A stretch of 61,263 nt of DNA from an uncultured Erythrobacter sp. GTDB lineage: Bacteria > Pseudomonadota > Alphaproteobacteria > Sphingomonadales > Sphingomonadaceae. The notes under the pieces were generated by a model. That model made no database searches and had not been told where the DNA came from. It saw only the letters and a program-made list of their open reading frames with translations. A program made the translations under genes and the position numbers. Below, one piece after another: positions 29,406 through 38,125 of the stretch. The stretch covers positions 1-61,263 of the forward strand of contig CALLQC010000017.1 of assembly GCA_938015255.1 (NCBI GenBank). The letters are read 5' to 3'. Every line of letters begins with the position of its first letter. Position 1 is the stretch's first letter.

Positions 29406-30275
29406 TTACATGCGTTCAGCAAGCAGGCCCTTCATCATAGGCTTCAGATTGTCGCCGTAGCGTGCAAGCGTTTTCCAATCGCCCACAGGCTGCATATGCG
29501 TCACAAGTGATCCACCGTGCCAGCGATGCAAACTGTAGAACGGCGGTTCGGAATCGACGATGCCGCGCTCGTCAGCGACATCGGTATCAACAGGACGCAG
29601 ATCCAGCGTCACCGCAGGTGCGACCGCTGGTGTCACACTGATCGGTATGCCTTCAACTTGGGAGAACACAGGCCGGTGCAAATGACCGGTCTGGATGCCA
29701 ACGATGTTCTTGTGCCCCGATACAGTCGCATGAAAGCGTTTGTACCATGGCTCGCTGGCTTTTGGGTCCATCCAGTCGATCCCTGCCACGATAGGCGGAT
29801 GGTGGAGGAATATCATGGTCGGCGTATCTGGATGCGACGTCAATTCGCGCGTGACCCACGCGGCACGCTTCTCACAAAATGCGCCGCCATGCCGCCCCTG
29901 GTCCAGTGAATCGAGGCAGAGGATCCGCAGACCATCAAGCTCGATGGCGTATTGGACGAAACCGTCTTCGTTTTCGAAGCCTGGAAATGTCTTTACCAAA
30001 ACGCTGCGCGTGTCGTGATTCCCGGTCATCGGGTAGACCGGGAATGGCAAGTCTTTTACGGCATTGCGCAGCCTTGCGTAGCTGTTCGGGTCGCCGCCAT
30101 CGGCAAGATCTCCGGACAGTATCAGAACATCAGGCTGAACTTCATGTGCCAGGATATGATCTCGAACCTGAAGGAAACGGAGATAGTTAAACTCATCTTC
30201 GCCCGCATCAGGATCAAAGCCGATATGAATATCGGTGATCTGCGCAACGAGGAGCGCTGGATTGGTGTCACCCAT
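29406..30275 (-). CDS. Class III (CpdA/Icc-like) cyclic-nucleotide phosphodiesterase / metallophosphoesterase
   Basis: Five metallophosphoesterase motifs: TDIH, SGDLAD, GNHD, LHHPP, GHLH. Confidence 0.88.
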   Translation of the reverse strand: MGDTNPALLVAQITDIHIGFDPDAGEDEFNYLRFLQVRDHILAHEVQPDVLILSGDLADGGDPNSYARLRNAVKDLPFPVYPMTGNHDTRSVLVKTFPGFENEDGFVQYAIELDGLRILCLDSLDQGRHGGAFCEKRAAWVTRELTSHPDTPTMIFLHHPPIVAGIDWMDPKASEPWYKRFHATVSGHKNIVGIQTGHLHRPVFSQVEGIPISVTPAVAPAVTLDLRPVDTDVADERGIVDSEPPFYSLHRWHGGSLVTHMQPVGDWKTLARYGDNLKPMMKGLLAERM

Positions 30276-30277
30276 CC

Positions 30278-32044
30278 TCAGCGCTTTATCCTTTCCAGTG
30301 TTGCAATAAGGTTAGCAGGGGATTCATTCTGATGATCCTCCGGCCTCCAGGGCATGGTCGGTGTGTGATATCCATGACACATGGCACAGCCTGACGGTAC
30401 GATCTTTTCCGTCTTCACTGCTGTCTCTCCCAGGTGGCAATCGCGGCAACTTTCGACATCGGGAAGCAGCAGGTCCATTGCTTCTTTCGATGTGTCAGCA
30501 GCGTGGCAATCTGTGCAGCTTTCGTCTTCGTGCGCGGCGTGATCAAAATATCCCTGATGCAGAAAACGATCTGGCAGGTTTACCGGCATGACATCAGCGC
30601 GACCATTGGTGGTTGTTGGCAGGTGGCATTCGCCGCAAAGTCCATCAGGGCGAAGCGCATTTGTCAGGCTGAGATAGGACGCGACTGGCCGGCCAAAGTT
30701 TGAATAATATCGCCCACCCTGCGCGAATTGACCGGGCCGTGTACGCCCGTTCACTATTGATCGGCGTGGACCTCGGTCCAGCCGCATCAGATCCTCGCGC
30801 AGGTCATCGATATCGCCATGGCGCAGATTGGTGAAGCCGGCGCCGGATCGCCCGGAAACAAGACTGTGGCAGCTCTCGCATGAAGCTTCCATTTCGACGG
30901 GTTTGAACCCGATACGATCATCGGTTTCTTCGTGACAGTCGCTGCATTCCAGTGGGGCACCATATTTGCCGAGACTGATCGCCATGCGCGCGGCTCCACC
31001 TTGTTCATCCATATGAATGTCATGCGGGAATTTCAGACCGCTCATTTCTACAGGATTGTTGGCCAATGAAACCCGGTCAGGATTATCATTCCCGTAGGCG
31101 GTGTAGAATGCCGGGCGGAATTGCGGGTGCTTCTCTCCAAAATCACTCGCGTTGGTAAAGTCGACGTCCGTCAATCTCGTGTCGAGCGCATCGTGGCAAT
31201 CAGCGCAAAACTTCTCACTGGCAGCCTCCAGCTTGACCGGCCCCTCATGCTCGGTGTGGCAGGAGACGCAGCCCAATGGACCTTCCTTGCCGAGTGTCTG
31301 CGCGATTGACCATTGGATCGCATCGCCGGTGCTGAACGGAGCCATGCCTTTGGCCTGGCGCGGCATTTCAGCGTGATCGTCGATCTCTTCGTGACAAGTC
31401 AGACAGGTCGTATCCTGAACCGAAACAAACGGGGTCGCATGACATGCCTCGCAATTTTCTTCGAGGCTGTGGTGGGCCATGCTGAGTTCACCCGTGCTCC
31501 ATGTGGAATCGAAAACCACCTGGCCCGGGGTTTCGCCTTTAGGATCGTTCTCTACCGGAGTGCGGAATAGATGGGTCGCAACCGGGATAGCGAGCAATGC
31601 GACCAATACGATACCGGCAAAAATCCACGACATTGCGCGTTTGCTTGGCAAGGCACTCTCAAGTGCAAATCCGCGCAGGATGTCCCGGTCGCTTTCGGTT
31701 TCGACCTGGGTGATTGTTATCAGCGTAACGCCATCTTCAGCGCGCTCAATGGTGAGACGGGATGAGCCGACTTCAAGCTCTCCGCCAGCGCCGGGCGCAA
31801 TCTGCGCGCTGGTTTCTGTTTTACCATCAAGGCTGAAGCCCAGCGTTCCCACAGCCTCGATGGAAAGAGAGCTATCCGAAGCTGAGTGTACAGTGATGTG
31901 ATGTTGCTCAACCGCGAGGTCTGGCAAATGAATATCGTTTTCCGCAGCCCGCCCGATGCTCACATCTGTTTTTGGAATCGTACGGTCGCGAACAATTTCC
32001 TTCCCGGAGGAAGTGTGGTCTACGGTGCGGATCAGAAACGCCAT
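30278..32044 (-). CDS. FHA-like domain / single TM / periplasmic decaheme cytochrome c
   Basis: N-terminal SIGRAAENDIHL..V..HH; TM WIFAGIVLVALLAIPV; 10 CXXCH (CEACH, CLTCH, CVSCH, CADCH, CSDCH, CESCH, CGECH, CTDCH, CRDCH, CAMCH). Confidence 0.88.
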   Translation of the reverse strand: MAFLIRTVDHTSSGKEIVRDRTIPKTDVSIGRAAENDIHLPDLAVEQHHITVHSASDSSLSIEAVGTLGFSLDGKTETSAQIAPGAGGELEVGSSRLTIERAEDGVTLITITQVETESDRDILRGFALESALPSKRAMSWIFAGIVLVALLAIPVATHLFRTPVENDPKGETPGQVVFDSTWSTGELSMAHHSLEENCEACHATPFVSVQDTTCLTCHEEIDDHAEMPRQAKGMAPFSTGDAIQWSIAQTLGKEGPLGCVSCHTEHEGPVKLEAASEKFCADCHDALDTRLTDVDFTNASDFGEKHPQFRPAFYTAYGNDNPDRVSLANNPVEMSGLKFPHDIHMDEQGGAARMAISLGKYGAPLECSDCHEETDDRIGFKPVEMEASCESCHSLVSGRSGAGFTNLRHGDIDDLREDLMRLDRGPRRSIVNGRTRPGQFAQGGRYYSNFGRPVASYLSLTNALRPDGLCGECHLPTTTNGRADVMPVNLPDRFLHQGYFDHAAHEDESCTDCHAADTSKEAMDLLLPDVESCRDCHLGETAVKTEKIVPSGCAMCHGYHTPTMPWRPEDHQNESPANLIATLERIKR

Positions 32045-32054
32045 CGCTCAGCCC

Positions 32055-32924
32055 TCACCAATAATAAAACACGCTAATCACGTGCGCCAGAAGAGCGGCG
32101 AGCAGCGCAATCGTCGCCGGGATATGGATGAACAGCCAAACTTCAAGAAGCGCGCGTATGCGCAAATGGCGGCGGATTTGACCGAGCTGATCTGCGCGGC
32201 GGGTCAGCAAGTTCGTAACGCGATCTTCTGCCTCCTCGCCGGACCTGCCCATTGGCATATTCTTCAGCGCCCTGTTCGTTGCGCAGCCCGGATACGATCC
32301 CGTTAGCCTACCCAGGGCGCCGCCATAAAAGACATTTTGGCCAAGCGCGGCGATGACAAGATCGGACTGTTGCCGATCGAGCGGTTGAGCTGCGCTTTCG
32401 AGCTGACGATCGATTGCGGTCAGTGCCTCGATCATATCGCTACGGGTCATTTCTTTGCGATTCGAGCTCAGACCGGCAGGCAGGGTAGCATAGGCCCAGA
32501 TGCCATAGATGCCGGTGACAATGACCAGCAGCATCAGAACATACGCCAGCGTATGGACGTTCCAGCCGATCTGAAATCCCGTGTGCAGCGTACCTATCAC
32601 GGTAAGCGACAGGCCAAGCCAGACATGCGCGCTGGTCCAGTTTTTCAGGCTCCAGCTGCCCGGCGTGGGGCGCCGCTTGCGAATACCCAGCAATGACAGC
32701 CAAACAATCAAAAGCAGACCGATTGTGCCGAGCGTGTATCCATACCAGCTACCGCCATTCGGCCGCGGTTCCTGATCAATCAACGCGTATCCGAGGCTAA
32801 GGATAACCGTTAGAATTGCCGCAACCTTCAGCCAGCGCCAGTTGCGATGCTTTAAGAAGCTGACGTGATCGGCGTTGCGGCGCTGCTCATCCTGCTGAAA
32901 CTTGTTCTGCGCTTTGCTGGCCAT
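32055..32924 (-). CDS. Inner-membrane protein, putative di-heme cytochrome b (ferric-reductase-like TM domain)
   Basis: About 5 TM segments. Two helices each carry H-x13-H: HVWLGLSLTVIGTLH and HIPATIALLAALLAH. ATG overlaps upstream TGA. Confidence 0.72.
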   Translation of the reverse strand: MASKAQNKFQQDEQRRNADHVSFLKHRNWRWLKVAAILTVILSLGYALIDQEPRPNGGSWYGYTLGTIGLLLIVWLSLLGIRKRRPTPGSWSLKNWTSAHVWLGLSLTVIGTLHTGFQIGWNVHTLAYVLMLLVIVTGIYGIWAYATLPAGLSSNRKEMTRSDMIEALTAIDRQLESAAQPLDRQQSDLVIAALGQNVFYGGALGRLTGSYPGCATNRALKNMPMGRSGEEAEDRVTNLLTRRADQLGQIRRHLRIRALLEVWLFIHIPATIALLAALLAHVISVFYYW

Positions 32925-35368
32925 CACTCAACATCCTCTGTGATCTTGGTGAAGGTCAGGAACTTGTCTGGCGAAACGCGGATAGCGGCGCCTGTCGGGC
33001 AGGCGCGCACGCAGGCGGGACCGCCTTCGATTCCGGAGCACATGTCGCACTTGATTGCCTGCTTCGGCTGCTCAGGATCGCCATTCTCTTTTCGCCATGA
33101 ATAGGACGCTTCGCCTGGGCCCGGGCCGCTGCCAAAGAACAGCCATGACAGCAGTGACGGCTTCTTCGGCGGTTTCGCGTCCATGCGGATAACACCATAG
33201 GGGCAATTGCGCTGGCAGTTGCCGCACCCGATACAGGTTTCGTCGATGAACACTTCGCCATCCGGGCCGCGCTTGATGGCGTTTGGAGGGCAATCGGCCA
33301 TGCAATGTGGATGCTCGCAGTGGCGGCAGGATGTTGGAACGTGCAGGTGCGCGTAGGACTTGCCCGCTTCGCGATCGAGCCTCGAAAGACCTTCGTGAGC
33401 GTCGGCGCAGGCCTTTTCGCAATTGTCGCAGCCGATGCAGAGCTTTTCGTCGATCAAAAGGACATCGGTTGCTTCGCCAAGACCCTGATCAACCAGAAAA
33501 GCTGCAGTCTCGGAATACATATCAACCGCGCCGTCAAATTCGCCTTTGCGGCTTTCGATAAAGGCATTGAGTTCGCGGCGGCCGGCCATGTCGGCCAAGG
33601 CTTTCTCTCTGATTCGGGGTTTGGCGTCGAGTAGTCTCATGAACTCTTCACCTGGCAGGCGAATGACTTCGGCCTTAATCGCGGCTTTGACCGTGGCAGT
33701 CCGCGCTGAACCGTCGATCACAGCCATTTCGCCCACATAAGAGCCTGCGGGCAGGTAAGAGAGGAAGACAGGCCTGCCGCCGATATTCTTTTCCACGATC
33801 ATGGAGCCGCGCCGGATGATAAAGACATCCTTGTCGTCAGCACCTTCCTCGATAATTTTCTGACCCGCCTTTATTTCCATCACTTCCGACGCTTCGACAA
33901 GCGGGGCGATATCCTGTGCAGTCAGACCGGATCCGAACATTTGCAAAAGCTGGCGCTCCACAGCGATGCGGTTCACCGCGCGCGCGGCGCCTGGCGATGT
34001 AGCGATCAGTTTCAAGGCTGCGGTGCGCGAAAGCTCAATAGCCACAACAGGCCCGTCCGCGCGAATGGTGGCCCCTCGGCGGCGACCTGAGATCAAACCG
34101 ACCTCGCCAAAGATTGAGCCTTGCTCAATCGGCACAGTAACCGAAGCATCATCGGGGTTCACCTCGACAGCAACGTTGCCCTGGGCGATGGCGAACATTG
34201 ATGATCCCGGCTCATTACGAGCGAAGATCACGTCTCCGGAATTGTAGGCGTGAACCGTGCTGTCCAGCATCAATTCGCGTAGCTGGAGCGGTGAAAGCTC
34301 TTCAAGAATTTGGACATTGCTGCCGAATATATCGAGCCAGTGCTCCACATCGTGGTTGCCGGGAAGAACCGCGAACTTTTCTTTTAAGATAGGCTCGTCA
34401 GCGGGCTTTAGATCTTCGTTTCCATTCAGGAATTCGATGACGTCGTAACCCTGGTTCATACAGTGTTTGATCAGCGGATAGCCGGCGAGGGCGCCGATCA
34501 CATGAATCCCGGGCTTGGTGGTTTCAAAAGCCGGGGTCAGTTTGGGAAAGGCGCTTCTTTCCTCGCTCGTGAATTCAATGCCCATAGCTTCAACGAAACC
34601 GCGAGGCGGCTGCGACCCGGTGCGGGCAATGATACGGTCGCATCTGATCGTTTCCTGACCATCGCGCGTGTCAAGGACCAGCTCGCCATCTTTTACCTCT
34701 GCGGGGTTGGTTTCGCGGCGGACACTGATGCGGCCTTCCTGTTCGGCTTCCTCTAGCAGAGCTACGTTTGCCGCCTTTGCGCGTGCAAAACTGTCTCGCC
34801 GATTCAGTATCGTCACAGTATTCCGCTGCGCATCGTCCGCCGCAAGACCTAGCGCATTTTCAATCCCGGCATCTCCCGATCCGACCACCGTGATATGCTC
34901 ATCGAAATACTCGCCAGGATCATCAAGCTGGTACTGGATCATCGGGTGCTCTGCGCCGGGACAGCGCAGCATGTTGGGGTTACCCTGAGTGCCAATGGCG
35001 AGAACTATCGCCTCGGCCCTGACGGTTTCCCCATTCTTCAACTCGATCGTGAAATTGCCCTTCTCGCCTTCCACTTTTGCGACTTCGGCATTGTATTTGA
35101 CATTGACGTTCTGGCCAGCGGCCTGATCGTCCCAGATGCCGAGAATGGTTTCGCGCTTTCCCGCGTCAAAATCAAAATCGCTGCGCAGCACCAGATTGGA
35201 GGGCGTCGCCATCACGTGCTTGCCCTTCTGGTATTTGAAAATGGTGTCTGAAAGGTGATCGGTCTTTTCTAGCAGAACGTGGCTCATACCCAGAGCCGCT
35301 GCCCGCGCAGCTGCGCTTAAACCCGCAGGTCCAGAGCCAACGATGGCTACTTTGCATAAGTCCGACAA
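32924..35368 (-). CDS. Fusion: TrxR/FNR-like FAD-NAD(P)H oxidoreductase + two cNMP-binding domains + 4x[4Fe-4S] ferredoxin domain
   Basis: TTG start after GAGGGGGGG. VGSGPAGL (FAD), VVGSGDAG and NRR (NADP), FGEVGLISGRRRGAT and VGEMAVIDGSARTAT (cNMP cassettes). Cys motifs CIGCDNCEKAC, CRHCEHPHCMADCP, CIGCGNCQRNCP and CDMC..GPACVRACP. Confidence 0.9.
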   Translation of the reverse strand: MSDLCKVAIVGSGPAGLSAAARAAALGMSHVLLEKTDHLSDTIFKYQKGKHVMATPSNLVLRSDFDFDAGKRETILGIWDDQAAGQNVNVKYNAEVAKVEGEKGNFTIELKNGETVRAEAIVLAIGTQGNPNMLRCPGAEHPMIQYQLDDPGEYFDEHITVVGSGDAGIENALGLAADDAQRNTVTILNRRDSFARAKAANVALLEEAEQEGRISVRRETNPAEVKDGELVLDTRDGQETIRCDRIIARTGSQPPRGFVEAMGIEFTSEERSAFPKLTPAFETTKPGIHVIGALAGYPLIKHCMNQGYDVIEFLNGNEDLKPADEPILKEKFAVLPGNHDVEHWLDIFGSNVQILEELSPLQLRELMLDSTVHAYNSGDVIFARNEPGSSMFAIAQGNVAVEVNPDDASVTVPIEQGSIFGEVGLISGRRRGATIRADGPVVAIELSRTAALKLIATSPGAARAVNRIAVERQLLQMFGSGLTAQDIAPLVEASEVMEIKAGQKIIEEGADDKDVFIIRRGSMIVEKNIGGRPVFLSYLPAGSYVGEMAVIDGSARTATVKAAIKAEVIRLPGEEFMRLLDAKPRIREKALADMAGRRELNAFIESRKGEFDGAVDMYSETAAFLVDQGLGEATDVLLIDEKLCIGCDNCEKACADAHEGLSRLDREAGKSYAHLHVPTSCRHCEHPHCMADCPPNAIKRGPDGEVFIDETCIGCGNCQRNCPYGVIRMDAKPPKKPSLLSWLFFGSGPGPGEASYSWRKENGDPEQPKQAIKCDMCSGIEGGPACVRACPTGAAIRVSPDKFLTFTKITEDVE

Positions 35369-35417
35369 TCTATCCCCCCCTCTGGATAGATTAACACCCT
35401 GCACCACCATACGGAAA

Positions 35418-35435
35418 TGTGGCTCAGATGCCAGA
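35418..35435. promoter_or_regulatory. Imperfect palindrome TGTGGC-N6-GCCAGA in the divergent promoter region
   Basis: One mismatch from a perfect TGTGGC-N6-GCCACA; lies between two divergent start codons. Confidence 0.35.
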
Positions 35436-35477
35436 GTGAATTGCTCAAGTTATCCCGTGATGCTAGCTGGTCAGGTT

Positions 35478-36434
35478 ATGGGTTCATTGGAGAAAACCGA
35501 CAATCTGGATGCTGAGGCACCAGATGCTGGCGGATCGAAAGCGGGTTGGGTGTTGTTGGGAGCGGCTGCGCTCCTGGCCGCCGGCTCGGTGGCATACAAC
35601 GTCATGGATGCGGGCGGGGGCGGCCCAGATGACGCTGCCGAGATAGTAGCTCCTGCCTCTATAGAAGAGCTCAAACAGCGCGCTGAAGCATCGGCGGGAG
35701 AGATAGGCCCGTGGAACGATCTCGCCTTTGCGCATTTCGAACGCGGCGAATTTGCTGATGCAGCTGCGGCTTATGAGCGCGCGACTGAAATCGATCCGGG
35801 CAAAGGTTTTCTTTGGTCAGCGCTGGGTGAAGCGCGCGTCATGGCCAGTGACAGCGCGCAGGCTGCGGCTGATCCGCTGCCGGATTCAGCCTTGAAGGCA
35901 TTCGAGCGGGCGCTCGAGCTTGATCCGGATGATCCGCGCGCGCGCTATTTCATGGCTGTCAGAAAGGATCTGGACGGCGATCCGTCCGGCGCGATTTCCG
36001 GCTGGCTCGATTTGCTTGCCGATACTCCAGCCGGTGCACCGTGGGAGGAGAACCTGGTGCGTACGATCGAGCAAGTTGGTGCGATCAATGACATTGACGT
36101 GGAAAAACGCCTTGCTGCGGTCATGGATGGCCGGATGCCTGCGGGCGCACCTGCAAACGCGGCCGTACGCGGCCCGAACGCTGCGGAAATTGCCGCGGCT
36201 GGCTCAATCCCTCCGGGAGAACAGCGTACGATGGCAGAGGGAATGGTCGCCCAGTTAGAGGCTCGTCTTCAGACCGAGCCTCAGAATCTTGATGGTTGGG
36301 TCATGCTGATGCGCAGCAGAATGACGCTGGGCGAGCCGGGCAAAGCAAAGGCTGCGCTTGACGCTGCGATTGCTGCAAATCCGGGTGAAGCTGAGGAGCT
36401 GCGCCGTCAGGCGCAAGCGCTCGGCGTACAATAG
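35478..36434 (+). CDS. Membrane-anchored TPR protein, CcmI/CycH/NrfG-like cytochrome c maturation factor
   Basis: N-terminal TM; TPRs (WNDLAFA..GEFADAAAAYERA, LWSALGEA, FERALELDPDDPRARYF); MAEGMVAQLEARL..P.NLDGW..L.RS segment as seen in CycH proteins. Confidence 0.78.
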   Translation: MGSLEKTDNLDAEAPDAGGSKAGWVLLGAAALLAAGSVAYNVMDAGGGGPDDAAEIVAPASIEELKQRAEASAGEIGPWNDLAFAHFERGEFADAAAAYERATEIDPGKGFLWSALGEARVMASDSAQAAADPLPDSALKAFERALELDPDDPRARYFMAVRKDLDGDPSGAISGWLDLLADTPAGAPWEENLVRTIEQVGAINDIDVEKRLAAVMDGRMPAGAPANAAVRGPNAAEIAAAGSIPPGEQRTMAEGMVAQLEARLQTEPQNLDGWVMLMRSRMTLGEPGKAKAALDAAIAANPGEAEELRRQAQALGVQ

Positions 36435-36456
36435 GATCGCAATGATGCAACGAATT

Positions 36457-36488
36457 GGAGGGACGGCTCAGCTAGTGACCGTCCCCCC
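36457..36488. terminator. Hairpin between convergent genes (possible terminator)
   Basis: GGAGGGACGG ... CCGTCCCCCC inverted repeat; no strong U-tract. Confidence 0.5.
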
Positions 36489-36507
36489 GCCGTTGGCTCG
36501 AAATTAG

Positions 36508-37863
36508 TTAGACGACGCCAAACGCCAGCATTGCGTCAGCGACCTTCTTGAAGCCCGCAATATTCGCGCCCTTCACATAGTCGACATAGCCGTCGCCCTG
36601 ATCTCCATATTCAACGCATTTGCCGTGAATGCCTTCCATCAGCTCCGTCAGCATCTCGCCGAGGCGCTCGTGGTTCCAGCTGATGCGTTCAGAGTTCTGG
36701 CTCATCTCCAGGCCAGATACCGCAACACCGCCAGCATTTGCCGCCTTACCTGGTCCATAAAGGATTTTTGCGTCGTGGAAGACTTTTACGCCTTCCAGAG
36801 TAGTAGGCATGTTGGCGCCTTCCGACACACCTTTGCAACCATTGCTGACAAGGGTTTTTGCCTCGTCTTCGTTTAGTTCGTTTTGTGTCGCGCAAGGCAG
36901 TGCAAGATCACATGCAATGCCCCAAGGGCGATTGCCTTCATGATATTCCGCACCTTTGAACTCATCGACATACTCGCTGATCCGGCCGCGCTTGACCGTC
37001 TTGAGATGCTTAACCCAATCGATCTTTTCCTGATTGATTCCATCAGGATCGTGGATGAAGCCACCTGAATCCGACAGCGTCAGAACCTTGCCGCCAAGCT
37101 GAGTGATTTTTTCGGCAGCGTGCGTCGCAACATTGCCCGAACCAGAGATAACCGCCGAATGACCTTCGACATCCTTGCCCTGATGCTTAAGCATGTTCTG
37201 CAGGAAATAGACCGCGCCATAGCCGGTCGCCTCTGGCCGCATTTGGGAGCCGCCATATTCTTGACCCTTGCCGGTCAAAACACCTTCCCAGCGATTGGTA
37301 ATACGCTTGTACTGACCGAACATATATCCGATTTCGCGCCCGCCAACGCCGATGTCGCCCGCCGGGACGTCCGTATCAGGGCCGATATGCCGGTACAGTT
37401 CGGTCATAAAGCTCTGGCAAAAGCGCATGACTTCCGCGTCAGATTTGCCACGTGGATTGAAGTTGGCGCCGCCTTTGCCGCCGCCCATAGGCAGACCAGT
37501 GAGCGAGTTCTTGAAGGTCTGCTCAAATGCTAGGAACTTCAGTACGCTTTCGGTCACGCTTGGGTGAAAGCGGATGCCACCTTTGTAAGGACCGATCGCG
37601 TTGTTGTTCTGGACACGCCAGCCGCGCTGAACGCGGATGTTGTGATTGTCATCTTCCCAGCAGACGCGGAACGAAACGATCCGGTCGGGCTCGGCGATGC
37701 GACGCAGGATTTGCGCTTCGTGATATTCAACCTTGTCTTCGATGAAGTCGTAAATGTCCTGAGCAACTTCGTGAACTGCCTGAACAAATTCAGGCTGACC
37801 AGGATTGCGTTTCTTGACGCCCTCCATGAATTGACTCAAGTCTACGTGTTCGGAAACGGCCAT
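36508..37863 (-). CDS. gdhA: NADP-specific glutamate dehydrogenase
   Basis: GPYKGGIRFHPSV, FKNSLTGLPMGGGKGG, DVPAGDIGVG, RPEATGYG, ISGSGNVA, PCATQNEL, KAANAGGV; GGGGG RBS. Confidence 0.96.
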   Translation of the reverse strand: MAVSEHVDLSQFMEGVKKRNPGQPEFVQAVHEVAQDIYDFIEDKVEYHEAQILRRIAEPDRIVSFRVCWEDDNHNIRVQRGWRVQNNNAIGPYKGGIRFHPSVTESVLKFLAFEQTFKNSLTGLPMGGGKGGANFNPRGKSDAEVMRFCQSFMTELYRHIGPDTDVPAGDIGVGGREIGYMFGQYKRITNRWEGVLTGKGQEYGGSQMRPEATGYGAVYFLQNMLKHQGKDVEGHSAVISGSGNVATHAAEKITQLGGKVLTLSDSGGFIHDPDGINQEKIDWVKHLKTVKRGRISEYVDEFKGAEYHEGNRPWGIACDLALPCATQNELNEDEAKTLVSNGCKGVSEGANMPTTLEGVKVFHDAKILYGPGKAANAGGVAVSGLEMSQNSERISWNHERLGEMLTELMEGIHGKCVEYGDQGDGYVDYVKGANIAGFKKVADAMLAFGVV

Positions 37864-37921
37864 GTGCTTCTCCCCCCTTAAAAACAGCGCGACCAATAAA
37901 ATTTCTGCGAATTATCTCTCA

Positions 37922-37943
37922 TGGTATCAGCTGAAATATACCA
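37922..37943. promoter_or_regulatory. Inverted repeat TGGTAT-N10-ATACCA upstream of gdhA
   Basis: Perfect 6-bp arms in the divergent gdhA/BCCT intergenic region. Confidence 0.3.
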
Positions 37944-38125
37944 GGTTGCAAGAGCCAAAACCTACAAGCCGGCGGCGGGGTTGCAATGTTGGGTGAGGGC
38001 GCTACCCTCTCTCGGATCACAACAATGCCGCCGCTGCGAAAAGCAATCCGCATGGATTGCCCGTTGCATATTGAGTGGCATTTTCCATGCCTTTCCGGCC
38101 GCAAACAATCCGAGATAATCAGATT

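Noticed and set aside
35343-35477. ORF-track N-terminal extensions making the TPR and flavo-FeS genes overlap
   Set aside because: Better starts exist at 35368 (TTG with strong RBS) and 35478, leaving a normal divergent spacer.
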